A DNA stretch of 60,611 nt from a virus (taxonomy: Duplodnaviria > Caudoviricetes). Below, in pieces: positions 1 to 8,308 of this stretch. Each line of letters begins with the position of its first letter. The first letter of the stretch is position 1. The notes under the pieces are model-generated. The model was not told where the DNA came from. It searched no databases and saw nothing but the letters and a program-made list of their open reading frames with translations. Position numbers and translations under genes: made by a program. The stretch is taken from positions 1 to 60,611 of IMG/VR virus record IMGVR_UViG_3300009788_000014; one strand, given 5' to 3'.

Positions 1-106
1 TCGCAGACGAGGACCTCTCGGGGCGCTACGACTGGAGCCGCGGCGACTCGCCCGAGAAGCGCGCTGCGTCGATCCGCAAGGCGCGCCTCGTTACGCCGGC
101 GCTCAA
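1..106. repeat. Terminal direct repeat, copy 1 (circular-assembly overlap)
   Basis: 1-106 is identical to 60506-60611, and an ORF starting at 60442 reads through the junction. Confidence 0.95.
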
Positions 107-360
107 GATCGCAGACGGTTTTGCGGCGCGATGAAGCGGCCCTTCGCGAAAGCACGGAGGTGACTCATGGCCGACGACAAGCACCGTCATTACCACTTGT
201 GGCCGGACTCCGATTGGGGATGCTGGCTTCTCCTGATCGTGTTACTGCTCTGCCTTTGGGACTGTATGTCTGGCTCAACGCCAGACAACCAGTCGCCGAT
301 CGCTCACGCCATCGCGGAGTGGATCCGATCTTGAGGGCGGGTCCCTTCCCGATCCGCTTT

Positions 361-382
361 CACCAACGAGGAGACGACCATG
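361..382 (+). repeat. 22-bp start-associated direct repeat CACCAACGAGGAGACGACCATG (second copy 593-614)
   Basis: Exact duplicate containing the RBS and ATG of two consecutive small genes. Confidence 0.85.
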
Positions 383-574
383 ACCGCAAACTACGGAAAC
401 GGCGACACGCAATACGCCAACGCTCTGAAATGCCTGGACCGCAACGGCGTCTACGGGACGTGCTCCGAGTGCCCTGCCGACGCAGACGGCTGGTCCCTGC
501 CGGAGGAGTGCAGACACTTCGATCGGTACGATCACCAGCAGAAGGACCCGAAGAGGGAGCGCTTCCGCTCGTGA
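380..574 (+). CDS. Hypothetical Cys-containing protein (64 aa)
   Basis: Strong GAGGAG RBS, ATG start, CxxC motif. Confidence 0.7.
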   Translation: MTANYGNGDTQYANALKCLDRNGVYGTCSECPADADGWSLPEECRHFDRYDHQQKDPKRERFRS

Positions 575-757
575 GACCGGAACCAACCAAACCACCAACG
601 AGGAGACGACCATGGACGACTTCGATAAAAACTTCAGGGATATACTTTGGATGATCAAGGGCGCGTGGGAGGTCACGGCGGCCCCCGGCTGCCTCGGTCT
701 TGTGGTCTTGGCCAGCGGTGTCGCCGCCGTTGCCCGCCCGGCCGGAGCATGGGCGCT

Positions 758-1588
758 ATGAGCACCCTCGGATCCCCGGGGCACCAGGCATGCCTCGCGG
801 AGATCGCAAGCCTCGCGGCGACGGCGGAGCAGAAGAAGGCGCTCGGCGAGCCCCTGGATGCACCAAAGGCCAAGCCCCGGTTGCGATCCGTCGCGCTGGG
901 CAGGCTTCGCCGAATCGTCCAGGATTGGGGCGCGGAGGAGACGGCGGCGATGCTCGCAACGCTCAGGCAGGGGCCGACCGGCGGCAGCGTCGGTGCCAAG
1001 GTCGGCCGGATGGACCCGCCCGCGGCGCAGGGTCCCGTCCTGACCATCCGCCGAGACCAGGAAGACCCGGCGAGCCTCGGGGCGATCGCGGAGCGGAAAA
1101 AGGCGCTCGCCGACAGGAACCCGATTGCCGTCATCCCGGCCAACGCGACACCCGAAGAGGAGGACGAGGCCCACCGTATCGCGGCAGAAAACCGCAGGTA
1201 TCTACGGCGGGAAGCGACCGCGGACCGCTCCGATCCGCCCCAGATGGACATCCTCGACCGTGACCCGGTGACGCTCTCACCAGAACCCGGTCCCGGCCGT
1301 GTCCCGGTCCTGAAGGACGGAGGGGCTCTCTACGCCACGCGGGGACAGGCCCTGGACCGGGCGCTGGCGGCCGGCTGGGAATTGGCGCCGGGCGCGACCC
1401 GCGAGGGCGACGGCGAGCTCGTCGAGGGCGCGCTCCGGAGCGCCATCATTCTGTGGGTCCCGCGCGACGAGAAGCTCCTGGCAGCAGTCCAAGTGGCGTT
1501 TGATCTCAGTGGTTTCGATGAGGAGACGGCCCGCGACCTCTGCGCGCGCTTCCGCGTCGACCCGGAGACGGGCAAAGGGGTGAGCTGA
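758..1588 (+). CDS. Hypothetical protein
   Basis: ATGA-coupled start, protein-like composition, stop overlaps the next ATG. Confidence 0.65.
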   Translation: MSTLGSPGHQACLAEIASLAATAEQKKALGEPLDAPKAKPRLRSVALGRLRRIVQDWGAEETAAMLATLRQGPTGGSVGAKVGRMDPPAAQGPVLTIRRDQEDPASLGAIAERKKALADRNPIAVIPANATPEEEDEAHRIAAENRRYLRREATADRSDPPQMDILDRDPVTLSPEPGPGRVPVLKDGGALYATRGQALDRALAAGWELAPGATREGDGELVEGALRSAIILWVPRDEKLLAAVQVAFDLSGFDEETARDLCARFRVDPETGKGVS

Positions 1589-1878
1589 TGAGCGCCGATG
1601 CGTGGGACCCGTGCCCCAGATGCACGAAGCGGAGAGAAAACAAAGCCCTTGCGGCGCAGGTGTTGGCCGCAGATGCTTACGGCAAGGTGTTGGCCGTCGA
1701 GTGGCAGAAGATGACCGCGGCGGCGGACGCACTCGGCGAACCCGGGGAGCCCACCCTCCGCCAGGATTTCGGCCAAGGCGTCCACCCCGATGGCCATTTC
1801 TACGTGGAATATCGCGCCAGCTGTACGGATTGCGGCTACTCGTTTGAGTTCGAATACGAGAAGGATTTTCCCGAATGA
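1588..1878 (+). CDS. Hypothetical zinc-binding protein
   Basis: CPRC and CTDC motifs; TGATG coupling. Confidence 0.7.
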   Translation: MSADAWDPCPRCTKRRENKALAAQVLAADAYGKVLAVEWQKMTAAADALGEPGEPTLRQDFGQGVHPDGHFYVEYRASCTDCGYSFEFEYEKDFPE

Positions 1879-1971
1879 GCTCTCGCGCCGGCCCTCCGGG
1901 CCGCGCACAACTGAGACCCTTCGGGGGACTGCGGCGCAGCAATCAAGCGGCGCCAAACGAAAGGAAAAGTA

Positions 1972-2355
1972 ATGGAAGTTTCAACAGTTCAAGAACTCGG
2001 AGTCGAAGATCTTCGTCCGGCTGCTGCTCGCAAGATCGGCGATGCCCTCAAGGCCGCCCCGGACGTGTGGCACACCTTGACCTTCGAGGAGTTGACCGAC
2101 CTGCTGATCCAGCCCGGGGCCCGCGGCCTGCCCGGAGACGACGAGACGATCGACGTGGCGAACCGCCTGAACGATGAGAACAAGACGATGAGGTCGACCG
2201 CCTATTATTCAAGGCTGCGAGACCGGAAGCATGAGGTCATCTACTCGAAAGAGACGGAGATACCAAAGAGTGCCACCGCCGGCCCCGCGGGAGTGGTGAA
2301 GGACGGGAGCTGGAAAGTCCCGGGGAACGCGGCCTTCGACGGCATGGAAAGTTGA
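1972..2355 (+). CDS. Hypothetical protein
   Basis: AGGA RBS, protein-like composition. Confidence 0.65.
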   Translation: MEVSTVQELGVEDLRPAAARKIGDALKAAPDVWHTLTFEELTDLLIQPGARGLPGDDETIDVANRLNDENKTMRSTAYYSRLRDRKHEVIYSKETEIPKSATAGPAGVVKDGSWKVPGNAAFDGMES

Positions 2356-2489
2356 TGTTCACGCCTAGGATGATCACCCCGGGACAGATGGCGATGATCG
2401 TAATCATCGTCGGGGGAGGGGTTGGCAACATGGTCCACGTGTACCACACATGGGGCGCCAAAGACCAAGACAAAAGGAGGGGACTTGTC

Positions 2490-2954
2490 ATGAATAACAG
2501 AGTTGAGAACTGGACCCCACATACCGTCCTGCTGGTCCGAGACGGCGGGGAAGATCTTGCGTTCGAGTCAGTGGGGCAATGCCGGGCCGTGAGTCGTCCG
2601 ATGGAGCCGGCGGTAGCGGATACATATCTGGGCCGTATCGTCACCGTTCAGCCGCCTGAACATTCGGCGATCGAGTGGTCTCATCCCGATGGCAAAACGG
2701 CCTGGATGGCGCGGGCGGCGGAGGGCGTCGAGGACTTGCGCCCGGGTACGGTCATCGTTTCCTCTGTCGTGGCGTCGCTCGTCGCCAAGGCGTCGCCAGA
2801 GTTCAGGGTCTGGGTCCCCGACACCGGCCCCGGGTCCGTCGTCCTGGACGAAGACGGCCAGATCGTCGGCGTCCGGCGGATGGTCCAGCACTCTCCGGGA
2901 CGAGGTGGGGAGATCCGCGCCAACTACGTGCCGGATCCCTCGCAGAAGAGATGA
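2490..2954 (+). CDS. Conserved phage hypothetical protein (NxTPH...PDTGP...DEDGQIVGV type)
   Basis: AGGAGG RBS; motif pattern recalled from a widespread uncharacterised phage family. Confidence 0.7.
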   Translation: MNNRVENWTPHTVLLVRDGGEDLAFESVGQCRAVSRPMEPAVADTYLGRIVTVQPPEHSAIEWSHPDGKTAWMARAAEGVEDLRPGTVIVSSVVASLVAKASPEFRVWVPDTGPGSVVLDEDGQIVGVRRMVQHSPGRGGEIRANYVPDPSQKR

Positions 2955-3392
2955 GCTTCGCGCTGGCCCTCCGGGTCCGCCCCGCGGCTCCCGGACCTTT
3001 GCCGGACAAACGCAGGCCGTCCGTGCCTGCGCCCGCGGTTCCCGCCGCCGGTCGTATCGGATCACACCGCCCGAGAGGGCGCCACGCGCCAGCCCGGCCG
3101 GGACGACCGCGGCCGGGCCGGCACTTCCAGGGGAGAATTCGATGCACGAAGAGACGCCCGAAGAAGCCCAGAGCGCCGTGGATGCATGGGTGGCCGAGAC
3201 CAAGAAATTCGCCGGCGCGATGGCGATCGGCAGGCCCGGTATGGCGAAGCTGTTGCACGCCGCGTCGGGCTGCCTGGTCGGCGGCGCCGCCGACGACGAG
3301 CTGGTCCAAGTAGCGGAACGGCTCGCGGCGTCGTGCTTGCGAAGGCTGGAGGTCTTGTCGGCCGCCCCCGCCCCGCTACGGGAGATTCTCAA

Positions 3393-3421
3393 TTGACGCC
3401 GGCCGCCGTGCCTGCTACGCT
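3393..3421 (+). promoter_or_regulatory. sigma70-like promoter P1
   Basis: TTGACG-17bp-TACGCT with extended -10 TG. Confidence 0.65.
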
Positions 3422-3427
3422 TCTCCA

Positions 3428-3511
3428 AACCGGGCCTCGATCCAGGTCCGAGACCATCAGAGCGCCGCGCCTGTCGCCTTCCCTCCCATGACTTGCGCGG
3501 CGCTCGCTTTT
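3428..3511 (+). ncRNA. Candidate small RNA 1 (two hairpins, C-rich loop, U-tail)
   Basis: Follows P1; hairpin CGGGCCT/AGGTCCG; 11-bp stem 3460-3470/3495-3505 followed by GCTTTT. Confidence 0.4.
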
Positions 3512-3521
3512 GGAGTAGGCT
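3493..3521 (+). promoter_or_regulatory. sigma70-like promoter P2 (-35 inside hairpin 3' arm)
   Basis: TTGCGC-17bp-TAGGCT. Confidence 0.55.
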
Positions 3522-3525
3522 CTTC

Positions 3526-3885
3526 GGGTCGGGGTGTCCCCGGTTGGCCCGCCACCGACGAGAGCGCCCGCCTCCGCCGTTCGACTCGGCAGGCGCCTTT
3601 GGATGGGAGACGGAAGCTCTCGGGAAGCGGGACCTGTGATCACAGGGCGGGCCAATCGGCGGCATCACGGCCTCTTAAACCGTCAGGAACCGCCTCCGCG
3701 CAGGCCCTGGCGGCGGGTAGTTCGGCCCATCCCGCGAAGCGGTTCGGGAGAACGAACGCGGCGCGGCGCCCTACCGCTCCGAGGTCTGGCCCGGACCGAG
3801 GGAACCGCAACGAGCCTGCCGGGGAGGGCCTGCCAATCCCCAGGGCCCTCCGGTCATCAGAGCCCCGCCCTTGCGGGGCGCTCGC
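3526..3885 (+). ncRNA. Candidate large structured ncRNA 2 (about 360 nt)
   Basis: 14-bp stem 3540-3553/3646-3659 enclosing nested stems and a T-loop GCCG-TTCGACT-CGGC; further stems 3687-3693/3739-3745 and 3823-3830/3844-3851; bounded by P2 and a terminal hairpin. Confidence 0.55.
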
Positions 3886-3899
3886 CGTTGCGCTACGCT
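3871..3899 (+). promoter_or_regulatory. sigma70-like promoter P3 (leaderless transcript)
   Basis: TTGCGG-17bp-TACGCT, ATG 6 nt downstream. Confidence 0.55.
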
Positions 3900-3905
3900 C
3901 CTTGG

Positions 3906-4100
3906 ATGAGCTGCACCAAGATCAGCCAGGCTCTGGCGGATGAGATACGGCGTCGCCTGATCGAGCGTCTGCGCCGGCAGGCTGTACAGAACACTGAGAA
4001 TGAGGCGCGCCGACTTTTCCACGCCCGGTTGATCCACGATCGGGCCAGGGCCGACATCGCCGCCCTTGCGCTCGAGTATCGGCGCTCAAAAGCGTCCTGA
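3906..4100 (+). CDS. Small basic helical protein, leaderless (64 aa)
   Basis: ATG sits at the predicted TSS of P3; Arg/Leu-rich helical sequence. Confidence 0.55.
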   Translation: MSCTKISQALADEIRRRLIERLRRQAVQNTENEARRLFHARLIHDRARADIAALALEYRRSKAS

Positions 4101-4133
4101 GCTCCTTCGCTTCCATCGGTGGGACCGGCTCGC

Positions 4134-4162
4134 TTGACCCCGCCCTGCCGTCGTGCTACGCT
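4134..4162 (+). promoter_or_regulatory. sigma70-like promoter P4
   Basis: TTGACC-17bp-TACGCT with extended -10 TG; followed by CTTCGGGTCG, same as P2. Confidence 0.65.
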
Positions 4163-4166
4163 CTTC

Positions 4167-4265
4167 GGGTCGTTGAGGCTGGGACGACCCCGGGCTTGCC
4201 AGCCCGATCAGCGACTCTTCAGGTTGGACATCTTCGAGTGCCCCGCGCCTTGCGGGGCGCTCGTC
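4167..4265 (+). ncRNA. Candidate small structured RNA 3
   Basis: Lies between P4 and a repeated hairpin; stems GGGTCGTT/GACGACCC, CGGGCT/AGCCCG and GAGTGCCCCGC/GCGGGGCGCTC; no ORF. Confidence 0.4.
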
Positions 4266-4279
4266 GTCCGTGGTAGGCT
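4250..4279 (+). promoter_or_regulatory. sigma70-like promoter P5
   Basis: TTGCGG-18bp-TAGGCT with extended -10 TG; ATG at 4285. Confidence 0.5.
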
Positions 4280-4346
4280 TCTCGATGTCGAGGGCTCGTC
4301 CCTACTGGGCGAAGACCTTCCCGGTCCCGATCGGACCAACGGAGAA

Positions 4347-4712
4347 ATGATGCGCCAAATTCACCTCGATTCGAACGGCCTCGTAACCAGCGCGACCGAC
4401 CCGCCTGGCCAGGGCAACGCCTGCCACCAGTACCAGGTGTCCAACGGCGAAGGAGAAGTCCTCGTCCACGTCTCGTTCCAGAACGGTCCCGTCGGAGAAG
4501 GGGGCGTCAACGGCGTACAGCACGCCCAGCTCCTGGCGATCCTCGAGGATCGGCTGCGGTCGTTCCAGCTTGGCGCCTACGCCTCGCCCCTCAACGAGCG
4601 AGCTCTCGGCGGCGTCCAGGACGCCATATCGGCGGACGAGGAGCGTACGGCCAGGCGGTCTCTGGCCGGGGCGGAGGGCTTCAACAGGCCCGCCAAGGGC
4701 GTGGAAGGATGA
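4347..4712 (+). CDS. tad1: Tad1-like anti-defence nucleotide sponge (Thoeris anti-defence 1 / Acb2-Tad1 family)
   Basis: PGQGNACHQY...SFQNGPVGEGGVNGV...LLAILEDRLRSFQLGAYAS..N..AL...RTARR..GAEGFN matches the recalled Tad1 pattern ([45 protein letters not shown]..GTN). Confidence 0.8.
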   Translation: MMRQIHLDSNGLVTSATDPPGQGNACHQYQVSNGEGEVLVHVSFQNGPVGEGGVNGVQHAQLLAILEDRLRSFQLGAYASPLNERALGGVQDAISADEERTARRSLAGAEGFNRPAKGVEG

Positions 4713-5126
4713 GGTTCACCAAAGGCGGCGAACCTCCGCCCGGTGCGCCCGGCAAGGGCCGGGGCGGGCGTCTGTCTGAAGACCATCTACGGCGTCATCC
4801 AGCGGCGCACCTGGGCGCAGATCCCGGCCGCTTGACCGCTTGACCTAGCGGCCCTCGACTTCTTCTAAGATGTATGACAAGATCTGCCGATGGAGGGGAA
4901 GTTCAAGACTTCCCGGTGCGTGCCCGAGCCGTGCGCGATGGATGGAGCAGAGCAACCGCGGGCCTCACGAGGAGAGACGACGATGGAGAACGTCACCGCC
5001 GGCGGGGCCGCCCAGACCTCCTGCGCCCCTCCTCGGACCGTCTCTCCGGCGTGTTGGCCTCGGCCCACTGAGTGTGTATGCTGGGCACGCCGCCGGGATG
5101 GACCGGCGGCAAGCTGAGGAGGCCCA

Positions 5127-5783
5127 ATGAAGAAGATTCCCTCCCTGTTCAGGCGCGACTACGACGGCGCCCGGCTGGTCTACGACGAGGTCGTCGAGGG
5201 CGGCGAGTGGGTCACCGCTGGCGAGGGCCGGGCAACGGTGAAGATCGACGGGACGTGCTGTCGGATCCACGAGGGCATCCTCTGGGCGCGGTACGATCGG
5301 AAGCGCCGCCGCGGCGCCACCGGCGAAGACGGCATCCTCGCCGCCTACAAGTCCGCCCCGCACGGCTGGGAACGTGCCCAGGAGTCTCCGGATCGCCAGA
5401 CGGGGCACTGGCCGGGCTGGGTTCCCGTCGGCGACGGGCCGGAGCACCGTTGGCACCGGGAGGGCCTGGAGTGGCTGCGGGATCGCGACAAGATCGCCAC
5501 AGAGGGAGCCTTCATCGCTCGCGGCACCTACGAGCTGGTGGGGCCGAAAGTTCAAGGCAACCCGTACCAGCTCGCAGGGCACGCCCTTTGGGGCCACGGC
5601 CAGAGCTTCGACCTCTGGCGATCCCCAGAGCCTCCGCGGGAGTTCGACCTGCTCAGGGCCTACCTCGTTCGCCATCTAGAGCACGAAGGGATCGTCTGGT
5701 GGCACCCGGACGGCCGGATGGTTAAGATCAAGCGACGGGACTTCGGTCTCGCGTGGCCACCGAAACCACCGGAGCCCGCGTGA
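5127..5783 (+). CDS. DUF5565 / RLIG1(C12orf29)-like ATP-dependent RNA ligase
   Basis: MKKIPSLF start, nucleotidyltransferase motif I TVKIDGTCC, TGHWPGWVP, GTYELVGPKVQGNP, EGIVW, KIKRRDFG. Confidence 0.8.
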   Translation: MKKIPSLFRRDYDGARLVYDEVVEGGEWVTAGEGRATVKIDGTCCRIHEGILWARYDRKRRRGATGEDGILAAYKSAPHGWERAQESPDRQTGHWPGWVPVGDGPEHRWHREGLEWLRDRDKIATEGAFIARGTYELVGPKVQGNPYQLAGHALWGHGQSFDLWRSPEPPREFDLLRAYLVRHLEHEGIVWWHPDGRMVKIKRRDFGLAWPPKPPEPA

Positions 5784-6031
5784 GTCGCCGGCTCCACGTC
5801 TTCCTCTCCGACGAGGTCGACCGGCGGCTCGCCCTCCTCAGGGACGATGGCGGCTTCGCCTCCGACGCCGAGACGATCCGGGCCGCGGTGGCCACCTTCG
5901 AGGTCCTGGTCCGGGCTCGCCTCGAGGCCGCCACCGTGATCGTCCGCGACTGTACCGGGGTCGAGCGCGAGGTGATCGTCCCGGGCGGCGCCGCGGACCA
6001 CGGGCTGCACTGCCGGGGCGTGCCGCGATGA
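5780..6031 (+). CDS. Ribbon-helix-helix (CopG-like) protein
   Basis: RLHVFLSDE..RRL..L......SDAETIRAAV pattern; GTGA coupling. Confidence 0.55.
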   Translation: MSRRLHVFLSDEVDRRLALLRDDGGFASDAETIRAAVATFEVLVRARLEAATVIVRDCTGVEREVIVPGGAADHGLHCRGVPR

Positions 6032-6282
6032 GCGAAACCTTGACCCGTGACGAGGACGACAAAGAGCTCCAGATCCGGAGAGACGCGTCGGGAGAAGTCC
6101 TCGTCTGGGATAGAGCCGGCGACTTCGCCCTCTTCGTCGTCACCGACGCATGGACTAATCAACAGATTTGGGCGATGTACGATCATGGCCAAGGGATGTT
6201 GGCGCGCGGGCGCACCCAAGGCCGAAACGGCGCCCGCAGGGCAGTACTTACAGCGCTGGGGCTCGCGGACGATGGGCCTTGA
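6028..6282 (+). CDS. Hypothetical protein
   Basis: ATGA coupling, protein-like composition. Confidence 0.55.
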   Translation: MSETLTRDEDDKELQIRRDASGEVLVWDRAGDFALFVVTDAWTNQQIWAMYDHGQGMLARGRTQGRNGARRAVLTALGLADDGP

Positions 6283-6842
6283 CACCATGATACGACACGG
6301 AGGGACGGACCGGACCGGGAGCGCCGGGGCGAGGCGGGGCGCCCGGCGCAGACTCAGGGTCCGGGCAAGAGAGAGCGTCTTCGCAATGACGGTCTTCTCC
6401 CGCGTTCCCACCGAGCACTTCTACACGGCCTCGTTCGGGGCGATAGGGTGGGAAAATTGCAACGCCCGGATTCTCCAGGCGTTGGCGCTCGACCCGGCGG
6501 ACTCCGTGGCGAATTCGCTACGAGATATCGCCGAAGCTCTCAAAGAGGTGGGCGAGGCAGCTGCCGCGTGCGTCGCGGCGGTGACGGAGCTCGCCGGCAT
6601 CTTCTACGAGCTCAAGGCGTCGCAGGAAGAGGCCCGGCGCCGCCAGGGATCCGGCTGGCGCCTACCACCGGCCCCAAGGCCGCCAGGTCCCCCGTGCCGG
6701 ACGATCGCCCCGCGACGGAGGGCCGCCCCGCCCCGCAACCGGGCGCGAAGCCTCCCTGGCGGCAAGTGGCGGGCGAGGCGGGCAATGTGAAGGCTAGCCC
6801 ACACCCGGCGAAGATCACGGCGTCTTCCCCCTCGACGAGGGT

Positions 6843-7301
6843 TCAGAACGGGATGTCTTCTTCATCGTTCGCGGCCGGCTTATCGGTGACCCCTTCTCCC
6901 GCAGATTCATCTACGAAAACGGCCTCATAGCCGAATCCGGGGGCGTTGAAGTCGACCTTCGCGCTCATCTTCCCGTTGAATTCTTCGTGTTTCAGGGTGA
7001 CGATAAACGGCGGGCAGGACGTCCAACTTTCGACGTCAGGGATATCCCAGCCGTTGCTGTCCGCTGATCTCGTGGCGATTCCCAGCGCGGAAAGCTTCTT
7101 GATGCCGATGTTCAGGCCGCGGCCTTCGAGCATGATGTTATCCCAAACCAATAGCCCACCCTGGGGATCGGTGATCTTGATCAATACCATGGCCTCTCCG
7201 GTCCTGCACCGCTTCAGGTCGGCTTCGGATATTACCGCTCCCGCGTGTGGTCCTTCTGCCGCCAGGCTGTCGAGCTCGTCGTCGTCAAAGTGCCACATCA
7301 T
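6843..7301 (-). CDS. Single-stranded DNA-binding protein (DUF669-like)
   Basis: Acidic C-terminal tail ending EEDIPF; coupled to the upstream AAA ATPase. Confidence 0.7.
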   Translation of the reverse strand: MMWHFDDDELDSLAAEGPHAGAVISEADLKRCRTGEAMVLIKITDPQGGLLVWDNIMLEGRGLNIGIKKLSALGIATRSADSNGWDIPDVESWTSCPPFIVTLKHEEFNGKMSAKVDFNAPGFGYEAVFVDESAGEGVTDKPAANDEEDIPF

Positions 7302-8308
7302 GCAGCCCCTATAGAAAGATGGTGAGATCTTTCCTTAAAGGATTCTCTCAAGGCGCCAACGTCAGCCTTGATCATTCCCTTTTTCACTTCGGCAGTTAGC
7401 TCATCGGTAACAGCCTTCAGCTCCTCGGAGCTTTCCGCAAGCCGTATTCTTGCGAGGTAGGTTTCCTTCAATTCCAGAGAAGTCCGAACCATCTCAGCTT
7501 TCTTTTCGACTGCGTCCTCAGCGTCGCGTCTTCCGGCCTCCTCGGACGTCTCAATTTGTGCCTGGTCAGTACCGAGAACGATAAGGAAGGGCTCTGCCAA
7601 CTGCTTAAACGTTTCTCCTTCCTCTTGCGTCGGACTGAGGGTGATCGTCTTGCCGGACAGGATTCCCGTTCGGTCTTTCTCAAAGAAAGCCGAGACCGGG
7701 GCGAGCTGAGAGTGCTTTCGAGACACTTCGCGGATCATCCGAATCAGGATATGAGGCTCGTAAGGAGTCTCGCCCTCGGCCTTCATCGTGACGCCTTGCA
7801 ACCTGGTCTCTCCAGTCTCATCTTCCCCGAAGATGTTTTTCTGGCGCCCGGCAATGATGCAGTGGTAGGACCCGTTGAGGAGTAACGCGATCATCTCCTT
7901 GTACGGTTTCTTGATCGTGCCCCATGCATGGAAGGGAATGGTGCCGGCCGAGGTCTGCGCTCCAGAGTAGCCCTCGATAGCGGCCTCCCAGAGGTGCGTA
8001 ATCGAGTCGATGACAACAACCCCATGAGTCGTCGGGTCGATCGCTCTCACCTCTTCAAGTGCCTGCGTTAGGCTTTTCGTGTCCACGCGGTCAAAGTCGA
8101 ATTCGTCCGGGTGGATCGCCCTTTCCTCGATCTCCTTAGCATAGAAGTCGGTGCCGTGCTCCGTGTCAACGTAAGCCACACGCTTTCCCATGAGACCTGC
8201 CAAGCCTTCGGCGATCAGTAGAGAGGTGAACGTCTTGCCGCTCCCGTAAGGCCCGTAGATCCCGTACTTTAGGAACGCTTGCTGAGCCTTTGCTTTGCGA
8301 AATGCCAT
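7298..8308 (-). CDS. AAA_24 / Sak4-like recombination ATPase
   Basis: Walker A GPYGSGKT, YVDTEHG, Walker B VVVIDSITH; adjacent SSB. Confidence 0.85.
   Translation of the reverse strand: MAFRKAKAQQAFLKYGIYGPYGSGKTFTSLLIAEGLAGLMGKRVAYVDTEHGTDFYAKEIEERAIHPDEFDFDRVDTKSLTQALEEVRAIDPTTHGVVVIDSITHLWEAAIEGYSGAQTSAGTIPFHAWGTIKKPYKEMIALLLNGSYHCIIAGRQKNIFGEDETGETRLQGVTMKAEGETPYEPHILIRMIREVSRKHSQLAPVSAFFEKDRTGILSGKTITLSPTQEEGETFKQLAEPFLIVLGTDQAQIETSEEAGRRDAEDAVEKKAEMVRTSLELKETYLARIRLAESSEELKAVTDELTAEVKKGMIKADVGALRESFKERSHHLSIGAA

Noticed and set aside
1-106. Biological terminal repeat of the virion DNA
   Set aside because: It falls in the middle of an ORF and is best explained as assembler overlap of a circular contig; real termini cannot be determined from this sequence.
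3560-3640. tRNA gene suggested by GTTCGACTC
   Set aside because: No acceptor stem, D-arm, anticodon arm or CCA at the correct spacing; treated as a T-loop in a larger RNA.
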